DNA of 34,459 nucleotides from a virus. Lineage: Duplodnaviria; Caudoviricetes. The notes below the pieces were generated by a model that worked only from the letters and a program-made list of their open reading frames with translations, was not told the origin of the DNA and made no database searches. Made by a program: the position numbers and the translations under genes. Where the stretch lies: positions 1 to 34,459 of the IMG/VR virus record IMGVR_UViG_3300032274_000029; one strand, 5' to 3'. This document shows positions 19,433 to 28,028 of the stretch, one piece after another (the first letter of the stretch is position 1; the number at the start of each line of letters is the position of its first letter).

Positions 19433-20221
19433 TTAATTTATAAACTCTACAAGAATGTTGGTAATAATATTATTATCTGTAGATGGGTAAGGACTTGGAC
19501 TTCCTGACCCTCCAATAAATAGTAAACGAAACTCTATTTGGTCGTTACTAGAACCTGAAAAAGTTCCTGTTGCTGAATAATTAATATCAGTCTTAGCTCC
19601 TGATGCTGCATTACCCACATCATCAATTAATCCAAATTCAACTCCTGTAGAAATGTTTTTAATAAAACCTTCAACTATTATTCCGTTTGCTTGGTCAAAG
19701 AAGTGCATATTAACAGTAACTCTATATCGACCAGTAAAAGGAATATTAAAAGTTGTGTTTCCTGCTGACCCTGCTGCTCCGTTCCAAGTAAAAGTATATC
19801 CTCCTATTGTTGAGTCAGTAGAAAAGTTTGTTAAATCAGTGTTGAAAGGGACATTAAAATAAGAGCCATTAGTAAAGTTAAAGTAGTTTACATTACCTGC
19901 ACCTGGTTGAAACTCAGCATAGAGTACGGCTCTTACAGGAACATTAGGAAGTTTTGAAGGATTCTTAAATGCAGCTACTCCTGTAGGATCAATATATAAT
20001 ACATCATTAGCTACCTGATTGGATGCATCCGTTATTGCATCTAAAGCTAAAGATTGAGTTGTTTGTCCTGTACCACCTTTTGCGATTGCAAGTGTACTTG
20101 CAAGGTTATTAATATCTATATCTTCTACTTGAAACTTTACATTTAAAGCTCCATCTAAACCTACTATTTCTGTAGTTGGTGATGGTGTTACTGGTGTGAA
20201 TGCTGAAAATTTTGTTGCCAT
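19433..20221 (-). CDS. tail fibre/appendage protein with C1q/TNF-like C-terminal domain
   Basis: LAIAKGGTG fibre motif; FNIPFTGRYRVTVNMHF pattern like C1q-type heads. Confidence 0.55.
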   Translation of the reverse strand: MATKFSAFTPVTPSPTTEIVGLDGALNVKFQVEDIDINNLASTLAIAKGGTGQTTQSLALDAITDASNQVANDVLYIDPTGVAAFKNPSKLPNVPVRAVLYAEFQPGAGNVNYFNFTNGSYFNVPFNTDLTNFSTDSTIGGYTFTWNGAAGSAGNTTFNIPFTGRYRVTVNMHFFDQANGIIVEGFIKNISTGVEFGLIDDVGNAASGAKTDINYSATGTFSGSSNDQIEFRLLFIGGSGSPSPYPSTDNNIITNILVEFIN

Positions 20222-20222
20222 A

Positions 20223-20381
20223 TTATTCTATTATTAAAGGTGAACCACCTTCTGTTTCTATTATATCTTCGGATGGAGTAAATGCTAATTCAGTAACAAT
20301 ATAATTTATTACAGGAGGAGGTGTTGGTCCAATTTTTTGTACAAACGGTATTCCTATCCCTATTACAATTCCTAACGGCAT
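20223..20381 (-). CDS. small virion-associated protein (52 aa, MPLGIVIGIGIPF...)
   Basis: manual translation; fills gap between co-oriented genes. Confidence 0.6.
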   Translation of the reverse strand: MPLGIVIGIGIPFVQKIGPTPPPVINYIVTELAFTPSEDIIETEGGSPLIIE

Positions 20382-20384
20382 AAA

Positions 20385-21038
20385 TTAAGGTGTACAATTA
20401 GTAAAGTTAGGTTTTGGTAATATCCAAGATGGTGTGCTTGAGCTAAAAGAACTACAACTAACAACTTGAGTTACCACCCATCCACTTAGGTCTTGATTAT
20501 AAGTGGATGCTCCATTAAACATCTGAGCCATATTAGTAGCACTACTCACATCCCAATTTGATAAAGGTTGATTAAAAGCTAATGCATCATAAAACATATA
20601 TTGAAATTCTACCCCTTGTGCATTAAAAACCCAATTTGATAAAGGTTGATTGAATACATCAGCTTCATAAAACATAAAATTAAAATTACCACCAACAACA
20701 CTTAAGACATCCCAATTATTTAACGATTGATTGAAGGCTCTTGCTCTAGTAAACATCTGTCGCATGTTAGTAACACTACTTGTGTCCCAAGCACTAATAT
20801 CTCCATTGAAATTTATTTTATCTTCAAAAGCAGCAGTCATATTAGTTACCTGACTAACATCCCAATCCTGAATTTTACCATAGGGTACTAAGTCGTAATC
20901 TCCATTTGGGTCTTGAGCTAATATATCTGTAATCGCTTGATTAAATGTAGCGTCAGTTAGAGGCAGATTTCCTTCTCCTCCTGAACCAATTGCTGATAAT
21001 GTGGTTGATCCTATACTTGCTGCAATGGATATATACAT
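20385..21038 (-). CDS. BspA/DUF285-type repeat protein
   Basis: repeated FNQPLSNWDVS.VTNM..MF units of about 25 aa. Confidence 0.8.
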   Translation of the reverse strand: MYISIAASIGSTTLSAIGSGGEGNLPLTDATFNQAITDILAQDPNGDYDLVPYGKIQDWDVSQVTNMTAAFEDKINFNGDISAWDTSSVTNMRQMFTRARAFNQSLNNWDVLSVVGGNFNFMFYEADVFNQPLSNWVFNAQGVEFQYMFYDALAFNQPLSNWDVSSATNMAQMFNGASTYNQDLSGWVVTQVVSCSSFSSSTPSWILPKPNFTNCTP

Positions 21039-21039
21039 A

Positions 21040-21306
21040 CTACCAAAGTGCTAAAATACCTGAAGCAGTTGTGTTGGTTGCAAAAACTTTTATCACATTT
21101 ACTGGCAAAAATCCTCCATCTGGAAATCCTGCAAACACAACATCATCACCTCCTGAAGTTAATACTCGAAGGTCACCTCCTGTGCCTACATATAATACGC
21201 ATCCATTATTACCTCTTCCATTAGCATTAGAAACGCTAGGAATGTCTACTGTGTCACTTGGTGTAACTGATGAAGCTCTACTTGCTTGTAATTTTTGATA
21301 TGCCAT
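21040..21306 (-). CDS. small virion (spike-base-like) protein
   Basis: VTPSDT...LYVGTGGDL...V.ATNTTA pattern. Confidence 0.6.
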   Translation of the reverse strand: MAYQKLQASRASSVTPSDTVDIPSVSNANGRGNNGCVLYVGTGGDLRVLTSGGDDVVFAGFPDGGFLPVNVIKVFATNTTASGILALW

Positions 21307-21311
21307 TTTAT

Positions 21312-21893
21312 TTATTTTACGTGTTGAAATTCTATTGTTACTTCTACATCTTCTCCTGAATCTGCAAACCCTGTTGATGGTGTCGCCGTAAATGCAAAAA
21401 TATCACCTACATTAAAAACTTTATCTACTTGAAAAGATAAATCTTCAATAAATCCTGGGTAATCTCCTGAGCTACCATCCCAAACTGTATCTAAATCTAT
21501 ATAATCTGTCCAATTTGATGCATTAACTAACTGGGCATTTATGTCGGTGCATCTAGAAACTTTAAATGATACCTGAGCACCGCCTGCTGAAGCTTGATAG
21601 CCATTAATTGATGACCATTTTACAGAGATTTTTGAAACAATACATTTTGATTTAATAACAATATTCCCTAAATGATCTGCCTGAGTAATTGGATTTACTC
21701 CCCACGCTACAGTATCACCACCTAAAACATCTGAAGTTCCCCCTCCAAAATTTATAAATGTTCCTGAAAAAGTATCAGTCTTAAAATCTTCTATAGTATA
21801 AATATCTCTTTGAGAATTTGCTTGCTGCGATCCTAGATTTTTTGTAACTACATTTGGAGCTACTCCATGAAATTTTGTCCCTTGTGGTATCAT
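21312..21893 (-). CDS. virion appendage protein sharing N-terminal anchor with 22575-23873
   Basis: IP.GTKFHGVAP.V.T.N.GS...NSQRD.YTIE shared. Confidence 0.6.
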   Translation of the reverse strand: MIPQGTKFHGVAPNVVTKNLGSQQANSQRDIYTIEDFKTDTFSGTFINFGGGTSDVLGGDTVAWGVNPITQADHLGNIVIKSKCIVSKISVKWSSINGYQASAGGAQVSFKVSRCTDINAQLVNASNWTDYIDLDTVWDGSSGDYPGFIEDLSFQVDKVFNVGDIFAFTATPSTGFADSGEDVEVTIEFQHVK

Positions 21894-21897
21894 TTAT

Positions 21898-22065
21898 TTA
21901 TTTGTTATATGGAAATTTTCTATTCAAAGAATCTCGTCTTTCAGAACAACCACAGGGTTTGCCTGTTGCTTTAGCAACTGTGTTTACTACTTTTTTAATA
22001 CCAGTGGCAGATGTAAACTTTTCAATTGAGTCTCCTAATCCTCTTGATTTTTGATTTAATTTCAT
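21898..22065 (-). CDS. small GLGD...CGC protein (55 aa)
   Basis: manual translation MKLNQKSRGLGDSIEKFT...KPCGCSERRDSLN. Confidence 0.7.
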   Translation of the reverse strand: MKLNQKSRGLGDSIEKFTSATGIKKVVNTVAKATGKPCGCSERRDSLNRKFPYNK

Positions 22066-22271
22066 TATTTTTTTATTAGTCCTCCTATTTTTTTCTTTAC
22101 ATTATTGATGCACTCATAGGACATATTATGATCTCCTGAATATGCATGACCTGTTTTTTTCTTAGCCATCGCTTTTGATTCATCTCTACGAGACTTCATA
22201 GACTGAGACTTCTTTCCATTTTTTGCTCCTAAAGATTCATCTAATCTTGAATTATAACCTTGTTTTTTCAT
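22065..22271 (-). CDS. small Lys-rich protein
   Basis: 68 aa; -7 box TATATTTG at 22291-22298. Confidence 0.7.
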   Translation of the reverse strand: MKKQGYNSRLDESLGAKNGKKSQSMKSRRDESKAMAKKKTGHAYSGDHNMSYECINNVKKKIGGLIKK

Positions 22272-22314
22272 GATGTAAAGTTTTATTTAACAAATATACT
22301 AATATTTTTATTGT

Positions 22315-22569
22315 CTATTTTCTAGACTTAGCTCCAACACACTTCCACCTTTTACGTGACAAGTTATTTGGTGTGTTTGGATCATTTGCTTTTTTTCTAG
22401 ACAACCCTCTTTTTATACCTAAACTCCTAGCACAGTAGCTATCTCCTTTGCTAGTCCCTGGTCTTACCCTTGGACCTCCTCCTTTAGCCTTACCTGCTTG
22501 ACCGTAACTAACTTTTTTACCTGATGAGGTAATTTTTACTTTTGCTTTTCCTTTTCTTGGTGTCGCCAT
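22315..22569 (-). CDS. small basic protein (SYCARS...RWKC)
   Basis: likely start MATPRKG at 22569; motif seen in phage basic proteins. Confidence 0.7.
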   Translation of the reverse strand: MATPRKGKAKVKITSSGKKVSYGQAGKAKGGGPRVRPGTSKGDSYCARSLGIKRGLSRKKANDPNTPNNLSRKRWKCVGAKSRK

Positions 22570-22574
22570 TGTTA

Positions 22575-23873
22575 TTATTTTGCTTGTATTACTATCCAAT
22601 TAGTTCCATCCGACCAAATTGCAACTCCATTATATGGTTTGTTTATTTCATATGTTGCAGCACCATCAATAGTTTCACCAACAGGAGCAGCAATATCTAC
22701 CTTATCATTTGCACTAATAGTAGAGTCGTTTACTATCCTTAAAAACCTATATGGTATTGCAGTTGCTGAAGGTAGTGTTAAAGTAAAAGTTCCTGAACCC
22801 CCTGACCATGTCAGGTCAATTATATTTTTAGTAGTAGTAATGACTGAGCTTCCACCTGGTGTTGCAGTTATAAACTCAGGAATTAAAGTTACTGTTTCCT
22901 TTAAAATTAATTCATCGGTTGAAGCGTCATACTCAAGCTTAGAGCCATCAGCAGCACCTTGTTGAATCCCAGGAATTCTAAACTTATTTATATCTTGATT
23001 ACCTATAGTTAGCTCACCAATCACATTAGGTGCACTAGGTTCAGCTTCATCTCCAATAATTATATTTTTTGAACCTGTGGTTAATGTTGACCCTGCTCCA
23101 TTACCTATTGCAGTATTTCTAAAACCTGTGGTTAAATTATTTAAACTTTGAAATCCAATTGCAGTATTAAAGTTTGACGTTAATTTTGACTTTAAACTTT
23201 CACTACCAACTGCAGTGTTACCTGCTCCTGCTGATGCACTTGAAATAGCATCACGCCCAACTGCAGTATTATTAGAACCTCCAATATTAAGATTTAAAGC
23301 CTCTGCTCCTATTGCAGTATTTGAATTCCCTGTAGTGTTATCTTTTAGAGAGTTTAAACCTACTCCTGTATTTTGTGATGCAGTAGTAATTTCAGACATT
23401 ACATTCTCTCCAAAACCTGCATTAGAGTTTCCAGTTGTATTGTCAAGATTCCCTGCATTTGTTCCTGCGAAAGTGTTATTATTTTGTTGAAATAAATCTA
23501 AGAACCCTGTTACTCTTAAATCACCACCTACTCTAAACCCATAACTTGTAGTTTCACACTTTTTATCGTTGTTATAATAAAATAAAACTCCATTATCTGG
23601 TCTAAAAATAGCAATAACCTCACCTGTGGTTTTGCTTTTTATTGCTAAATCACCATCTGCAATAATTGAATCTCCACTTGTAAATTCAACATCTTTTCCT
23701 CCTGTTTCATTTCCATTATTTAAAACACTAGAAAGAGTTCCAACTCCACCTCCTGCTTGAATTTCTTCAATAGTATATGTGTCTCTTTGAGAGTTTGACA
23801 AACTTGATCCTCTATTTTCTGTTTCTACTTCTGGAGCTACTCCATGAAACTTAGTTCCTGCAGGTATTGCCAT
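22575..23873 (-). CDS. tail fibre/adhesin-like protein with 14-aa G.NTA.G..A repeats
   Basis: about 10 NTA(I/V)G repeats (beta-roll/YadA-like). Confidence 0.7.
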   Translation of the reverse strand: MAIPAGTKFHGVAPEVETENRGSSLSNSQRDTYTIEEIQAGGGVGTLSSVLNNGNETGGKDVEFTSGDSIIADGDLAIKSKTTGEVIAIFRPDNGVLFYYNNDKKCETTSYGFRVGGDLRVTGFLDLFQQNNNTFAGTNAGNLDNTTGNSNAGFGENVMSEITTASQNTGVGLNSLKDNTTGNSNTAIGAEALNLNIGGSNNTAVGRDAISSASAGAGNTAVGSESLKSKLTSNFNTAIGFQSLNNLTTGFRNTAIGNGAGSTLTTGSKNIIIGDEAEPSAPNVIGELTIGNQDINKFRIPGIQQGAADGSKLEYDASTDELILKETVTLIPEFITATPGGSSVITTTKNIIDLTWSGGSGTFTLTLPSATAIPYRFLRIVNDSTISANDKVDIAAPVGETIDGAATYEINKPYNGVAIWSDGTNWIVIQAK

Positions 23874-24121
23874 TACTTAGTGTATTTTTTAGTTACTTTC
23901 GCTTTTTTTGTATTTGAAACAAACTGTTTCTTTCCACCAGATGCTTTCTTTTTTCTAGCCGTTTTAGCTCGCTGCCTTTTACTTAACGCCCTAGCTTTTG
24001 CTAAAGGGAGGCATCTATCTGGATTTTTTTTGTTCTTGCTAGTACCACACTCGCCTTTGATTTCCCCATCAGTTCCAATGCGTACCCACTTTTCTGCTCT
24101 CCATTTAGCTAGTTCTCCCAT
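23873..24121 (-). CDS. small Lys/Arg-rich protein
   Basis: 82 aa, KWRAEKWV...CG...CLP. Confidence 0.7.
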   Translation of the reverse strand: MGELAKWRAEKWVRIGTDGEIKGECGTSKNKKNPDRCLPLAKARALSKRQRAKTARKKKASGGKKQFVSNTKKAKVTKKYTK

Positions 24122-24279
24122 TACTTTTTCTTTTTACCTTTAGCGTAGTTAGGATCTTTACAGTACTTACTAGCAGCCATGTTAGCATATGCAGATGGGT
24201 ACTTGTCAAATGTTCTCTTTGCCCATGCAATCCCTGCAGGACAAATCTTGTTACCTTTTGTTCTGCCTTTCTTTGCCAT
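24121..24279 (-). CDS. small basic protein (52 aa, ...FDKYPSAYANM...)
   Basis: manual translation; TAATG coupling on both sides. Confidence 0.7.
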   Translation of the reverse strand: MAKKGRTKGNKICPAGIAWAKRTFDKYPSAYANMAASKYCKDPNYAKGKKKK

Positions 24280-24404
24280 TATTTTTTACCACACTTAGCG
24301 TAAACACTATTTGCTATCTGCTTGTTCGATGGTAGTCCAAACTTCTCTGGTTTACCCTTCATGCTTTTGTTTGCTTGAGTAAAATACGGATCTAACTTTT
24401 TCAT
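24279..24404 (-). CDS. small basic protein (41 aa, MKKLDPYFTQANK...)
   Basis: manual translation; ATGA/TAATG coupling. Confidence 0.6.
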   Translation of the reverse strand: MKKLDPYFTQANKSMKGKPEKFGLPSNKQIANSVYAKCGKK

Positions 24405-24679
24405 GCTTTCTTAGTTTTAGGTGATAGTCCTTGAAGTCCTTGAAGACCTTGCAGTCCTGATATTTTAGTATACTTGTCAGACACATACTTTCTTTTTGCA
24501 TCTTTTTTCTTTTTCCTGTTAGCTGCTATGGTTTTCTTTTTGTTAGCCATTGCCTCAGAAGTAAGCTTTTTATTCTTTGACTTTAGATCAGCTATTGCCT
24601 TAGTAGTACTTGCCCTAAAGGTTGAGGTGTCGTTCTCTTTCTTTTTAGCAGCAGCAGCCTTTTTTTCTTCGTCAGTCAT
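24401..24679 (-). CDS. Lys/Ala-rich protein with GLQ repeats
   Basis: 92 aa; -7 box TAACTTTG at 24699-24706. Confidence 0.7.
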   Translation of the reverse strand: MTDEEKKAAAAKKKENDTSTFRASTTKAIADLKSKNKKLTSEAMANKKKTIAANRKKKKDAKRKYVSDKYTKISGLQGLQGLQGLSPKTKKA

Positions 24680-24685
24680 AATTTG

Positions 24686-24706
24686 TATCTTTACAACACA
24701 AAGTTA
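24686..24706. promoter_or_regulatory. face-to-face -7 boxes (TATCTTTA on +, TAACTTTG on -)
   Basis: 41-bp divergent intergenic gap contains both boxes. Confidence 0.5.
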
Positions 24707-24720
24707 CTAAATTAAATTTT

Positions 24721-25155
24721 ATGAAATCAGACTACTTAAAATACTGGAGAGTAGTACGTCAGTTTATCAAAGTAAAACATAAACTAAGCCAGTCAGACTT
24801 AGACATACTATTATTCCTAAAGTCCGAAGAATACTTTTCAAAAGATAAGTTTAAAGAATTTGATGACCTAATAAGTTGGGAAAGAAATCGATTTGAAAGA
24901 CTAAGACAGGAAGGATGGATTGAGGTGTTTAGAAAAAGAATGGGAAAGAGAAAGGCTCTATATCAGCTCTCTCAAAAAGCAAAAAGGGTTACCACATCAA
25001 TATACAAATATCTCAATGGGAAAGAAATTCCTACAAGTAATGATGGCAACCCTATGTTCCTTAGAAACGTGTCATACACCGACAAGGTGTATCGAAATTT
25101 TATAATTAAGATGAACGCATTTATAAAACAACAACGACATCAGACTCAGAAATAA
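24721..25155 (+). CDS. winged-helix (MarR-like) DNA-binding protein
   Basis: LSQSDLDILLFL...FERLRQEGWIEV...LYQLSQKAK pattern. Confidence 0.6.
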   Translation: MKSDYLKYWRVVRQFIKVKHKLSQSDLDILLFLKSEEYFSKDKFKEFDDLISWERNRFERLRQEGWIEVFRKRMGKRKALYQLSQKAKRVTTSIYKYLNGKEIPTSNDGNPMFLRNVSYTDKVYRNFIIKMNAFIKQQRHQTQK

Positions 25156-25378
25156 CTGTGTGCTGAGTTCCGTTAATTACCATCTTATATCCTGCCCTTG
25201 AGTCATAGTATATCTCATCGGTAGTCTTTACTACTGCCACATCTGTACCAGGCATAACAACCACACCCTTCTTATACCTTAGGTCTTTTGTGTCTTCAGC
25301 AGTTAAAAGTATTCCTGACTCGGTGCTGATCTCTTCTTTGATTTCATCAATCACGATATATTTTCCTATTGGCTTCAT
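25121..25378 (-). CDS. groES: co-chaperonin GroES
   Basis: MKPIG..IVI, TESGILL mobile loop, ISESDVV; ATGA overlap with groEL. Confidence 0.85.
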   Translation of the reverse strand: MKPIGKYIVIDEIKEEISTESGILLTAEDTKDLRYKKGVVVMPGTDVAVVKTTDEIYYDSRAGYKMVINGTQHTVISESDVVVVL

Positions 25379-26997
25379 TCTGTCTCGTATGATCTAGCCA
25401 TTGTGATAATGGCGTTGGTTGATAAAATAGTTACTGCAACAGACACTGCGTTCTGGAGTGCTGACCTGGTTACCTTGGTAGGGTCAATGACACCCATCTC
25501 TATCAGGTCACCATACTCCTTAGTCTTCAAGTCATACCCATACTCAAATCCACTAAGGTAGTGGTCCTTGAGAATATCATCAGGATCTAGTCCTGCGTTT
25601 ATAAGTATCTGTCTCCATGGAGCTTGCAGAGCATTGTACATAATATCTCTCGCTACCATAAGCTCCTTGGTTTCTTTTTCTTCATCTCTACTGAAGTGAA
25701 AGGGTGCACATATTTTTGCTAGTGCCATTCCTGCTCCTGGAAGAATACCCTCCTCTAATGCTGAACGTACTGCACACACTGCATCATCTACCCTGTCATA
25801 CAACTCCTTCTGCTCAAGGTCTGTGTTTCCTCCGACATGGATGACTCCTATCCCTCCTGTTAAGGAGGCGATTCGCTGAAGAATAAAGTCCTTGTCGTGC
25901 TTCTGCTTGGTTACCTTGTGTGCATCCCACAACTCAGCCACTCTCTGGTCCACATCCTTGTTTTCCTCAGCCTCACTTAAAATCACAGAAGAGTCCCTCC
26001 CAACTATCACCCTGGAAGCAAACCCTAAGTCTGTAAATTCAATGAGGCTTAAATCGTCACCTGTCTTTTCTGAAAAGTATGTAGCTCCAACAGACACTGC
26101 AATGTCCTGCATCAGCTCGTGCTGACGATATCCAAAGTTAGGTGGTGGAACTGTACATAAATGCAGTCCCCTCTTCTGAACATTGGCAGCCAAGGTCGCT
26201 ATCACATTGGTCGTACATGGTGATATAATTAATAATTTTTTCTTATCTTGTATGATTGGTTTCAACACATTCTCTATCTGTAGGATGTTACTGATCTCTG
26301 CATCACACACAAGTATGTGCACATCATCCAACACACACTCGTCTTTCTTTTGGTGGTTTATAAACATCGGTGACGAATATCCCTTGTCTATCTTAATACC
26401 CTTCGTGGTTTCATAAAAAGTATCTGGTGTTGGTGAGTTCTCAACAGTGACTATGCCGTTCTGACCAACCTCATTGTAGCAGTCAGAGATTATCTTGCCT
26501 ATAAACTTGTCGTTATTGGCTGATATAGTTGCCACATCAACTAGCCTCTTCTTTGTTACCTTCTTGCTATGCTTCTTTAAAGACTTAACTAAGTCCTCGG
26601 TCTCACTTGTCAGGTATCTAAGAACATCTGTCTTATTTACATCACTAGTAATCCTACCCAAACCTTGCTTGACCAGTGCCTCTGTCAACACTATAGCAGT
26701 GGTTGTTCCATCTCCTGCTGAGGTAGCAGTCCTAGACGATGCTTCTTTCATCATCTTTACTGCGAGATTGCCGACAGGGTCTGCCATGTCATAACTCTTA
26801 GCAACAGTGACACCATCCTTGGTGACTGTCATTCCATGCGTGTGATGTGGTGACTCAATTATTACTGTCTGACCCATAGGTCCTAGTGTGCTCTTGACTG
26901 CACTCGATATCATCTCGATACCATGAAGTAGTTTCTCTTGCGAGTCTTCACCTATTGTAAGTTCCTTAGGTGAATACCCTCCCATTGGATTATTCAT
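25375..26997 (-). CDS. groEL: chaperonin GroEL (start corrected to ATG 26997)
   Basis: TLGP.G, VTKDGVTVAK, AGDGTTTA, EEGILPGAG, GVIDP.KV.RSAL motifs; -7 box at 27024-27031 lies inside the longer ORF call. Confidence 0.95.
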   Translation of the reverse strand: MNNPMGGYSPKELTIGEDSQEKLLHGIEMISSAVKSTLGPMGQTVIIESPHHTHGMTVTKDGVTVAKSYDMADPVGNLAVKMMKEASSRTATSAGDGTTTAIVLTEALVKQGLGRITSDVNKTDVLRYLTSETEDLVKSLKKHSKKVTKKRLVDVATISANNDKFIGKIISDCYNEVGQNGIVTVENSPTPDTFYETTKGIKIDKGYSSPMFINHQKKDECVLDDVHILVCDAEISNILQIENVLKPIIQDKKKLLIISPCTTNVIATLAANVQKRGLHLCTVPPPNFGYRQHELMQDIAVSVGATYFSEKTGDDLSLIEFTDLGFASRVIVGRDSSVILSEAEENKDVDQRVAELWDAHKVTKQKHDKDFILQRIASLTGGIGVIHVGGNTDLEQKELYDRVDDAVCAVRSALEEGILPGAGMALAKICAPFHFSRDEEKETKELMVARDIMYNALQAPWRQILINAGLDPDDILKDHYLSGFEYGYDLKTKEYGDLIEMGVIDPTKVTRSALQNAVSVAVTILSTNAIITMARSYETE

Positions 26998-27056
26998 TTG
27001 ATTTGATTTAAATGTTATGCAAACAAATATACAATAATTATTCCATTGCAGAGGTC

Positions 27057-27255
27057 TGTGACAATGTGACAAATTTTTTTCCCTATACTCTTATATATTT
27101 TTACCTCCTTTATTATAAACTACTCCCTATACAACCTTTTAAAACTGTCACAAACTGTCACAACTCTAATAATCAAATAGTTAAGTATTTAAATTCGTCA
27201 TAAAGTTGACATTTAATTGTCACAAAACTATTATAAACTACTATAAACTGTCACA
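27057..27255. repeat. iteron-like array: 2 x TGTGACA followed by 4 x TGTCACA
   Basis: copies at 27057, 27065, 27146, 27156, 27218, 27249 in AT-rich DNA. Confidence 0.75.
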
Positions 27256-27262
27256 ATAAAAC

Positions 27263-27291
27263 AAAAAAAGAGGCAACATAAAGTTAGCCTC
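27263..27291 (-). terminator. Rho-independent terminator
   Basis: GAGGC(T)AAC/GTTGCCTC stem followed by T7 on the minus strand. Confidence 0.6.
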
Positions 27292-27311
27292 CCAAAAATA
27301 AACATAGAAAA

Positions 27312-27503
27312 TTATTTTAAAAACTTGCGAATAGCCTGTTTTGCAGATTTTCTGTCATCAGCTAATTCAATACCCAGAGCTATGTCCTGAGTTAAACTTC
27401 TTTGCTTGTTCTGTTTCCTTAACATAGCAGCCTGTGATATGCCAGAGATACCAATTGGGCGATCATTAATTAATCTCCCATCTTTCATTTTTAATCCATC
27501 CAT
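27312..27503 (-). CDS. hypothetical protein (likely ATG 27503)
   Basis: the ORF-track TTG start coincides with a -7 box TACCTTTG (27534-27541); own terminator. Confidence 0.65.
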   Translation of the reverse strand: MDGLKMKDGRLINDRPIGISGISQAAMLRKQNKQRSLTQDIALGIELADDRKSAKQAIRKFLK

Positions 27504-27812
27504 GGTTGGTCCTTTTAAATTATACGTATATCCCAAAGGTACAAAATTTTGTTAGATACATGTAGTGGTTGGGTTCTCATAGCACACACGACACACCCCT
27601 GCGATCCGAAAGTGATTTTTTTTTGCTCGACATTTTGAGATTTTTTTTCATGTTTCTGATTTTTTTAGCTTTTTTCTATAAGCACATCAGCAGGTAAGAT
27701 GCAGGCATAATATCCTAGGTTTATCCTGCCATATTACATGATACATTGCAGGTAAATTGATGGCATCAATCACCTATCTCGTGCAGGATATCTGAGAAGA
27801 GAAACTGAACAT

Positions 27813-27828
27813 GTCTCTTCGAAGAGAC
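27813..27828. repeat. 16-bp perfect palindrome GTCTCTTCGAAGAGAC
   Basis: seen directly. Confidence 0.9.
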
Positions 27829-28028
27829 TAAGACAATACCTTGTCAAAGCTACAAAGCTATTGAGACATACAGAGATGTCTCTTAACCTATTGCTACCTG
27901 CTATCCTGCCTAAACAATTTGCAGTAATCTAATCCTGCACCATCCATCTTTAGATATCACGAATCAAAGCGAAAAACAAAAGACAAAATTTATACTAGAA
28001 AAGACTAGGATTTAGACAAGATTTAGAC

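Noticed and set aside
23781-23793. Additional palindrome copy (GTCTCTTTGAGAG)
   Set aside because: Right half is incomplete; explained by S-Q-R-D codons of the shared anchor motif
20385-23873. Diversity-generating retroelement TR/VR pair
   Set aside because: No reverse transcriptase in the window, and the repeats do not differ specifically at adenines
1840-26794. Short + strand ORFs antisense to structural genes and groEL (e.g. 1840, 11742, 16008, 19653, 20990, 22639, 23215, 25892, 26183, 26495)
   Set aside because: Shadow ORFs opposite well-supported genes, with no expression signals
26998-27072. N-terminal extension of GroEL in the ORF track
   Set aside because: It spans the promoter box and iterons; ATG 26997 fits GroEL
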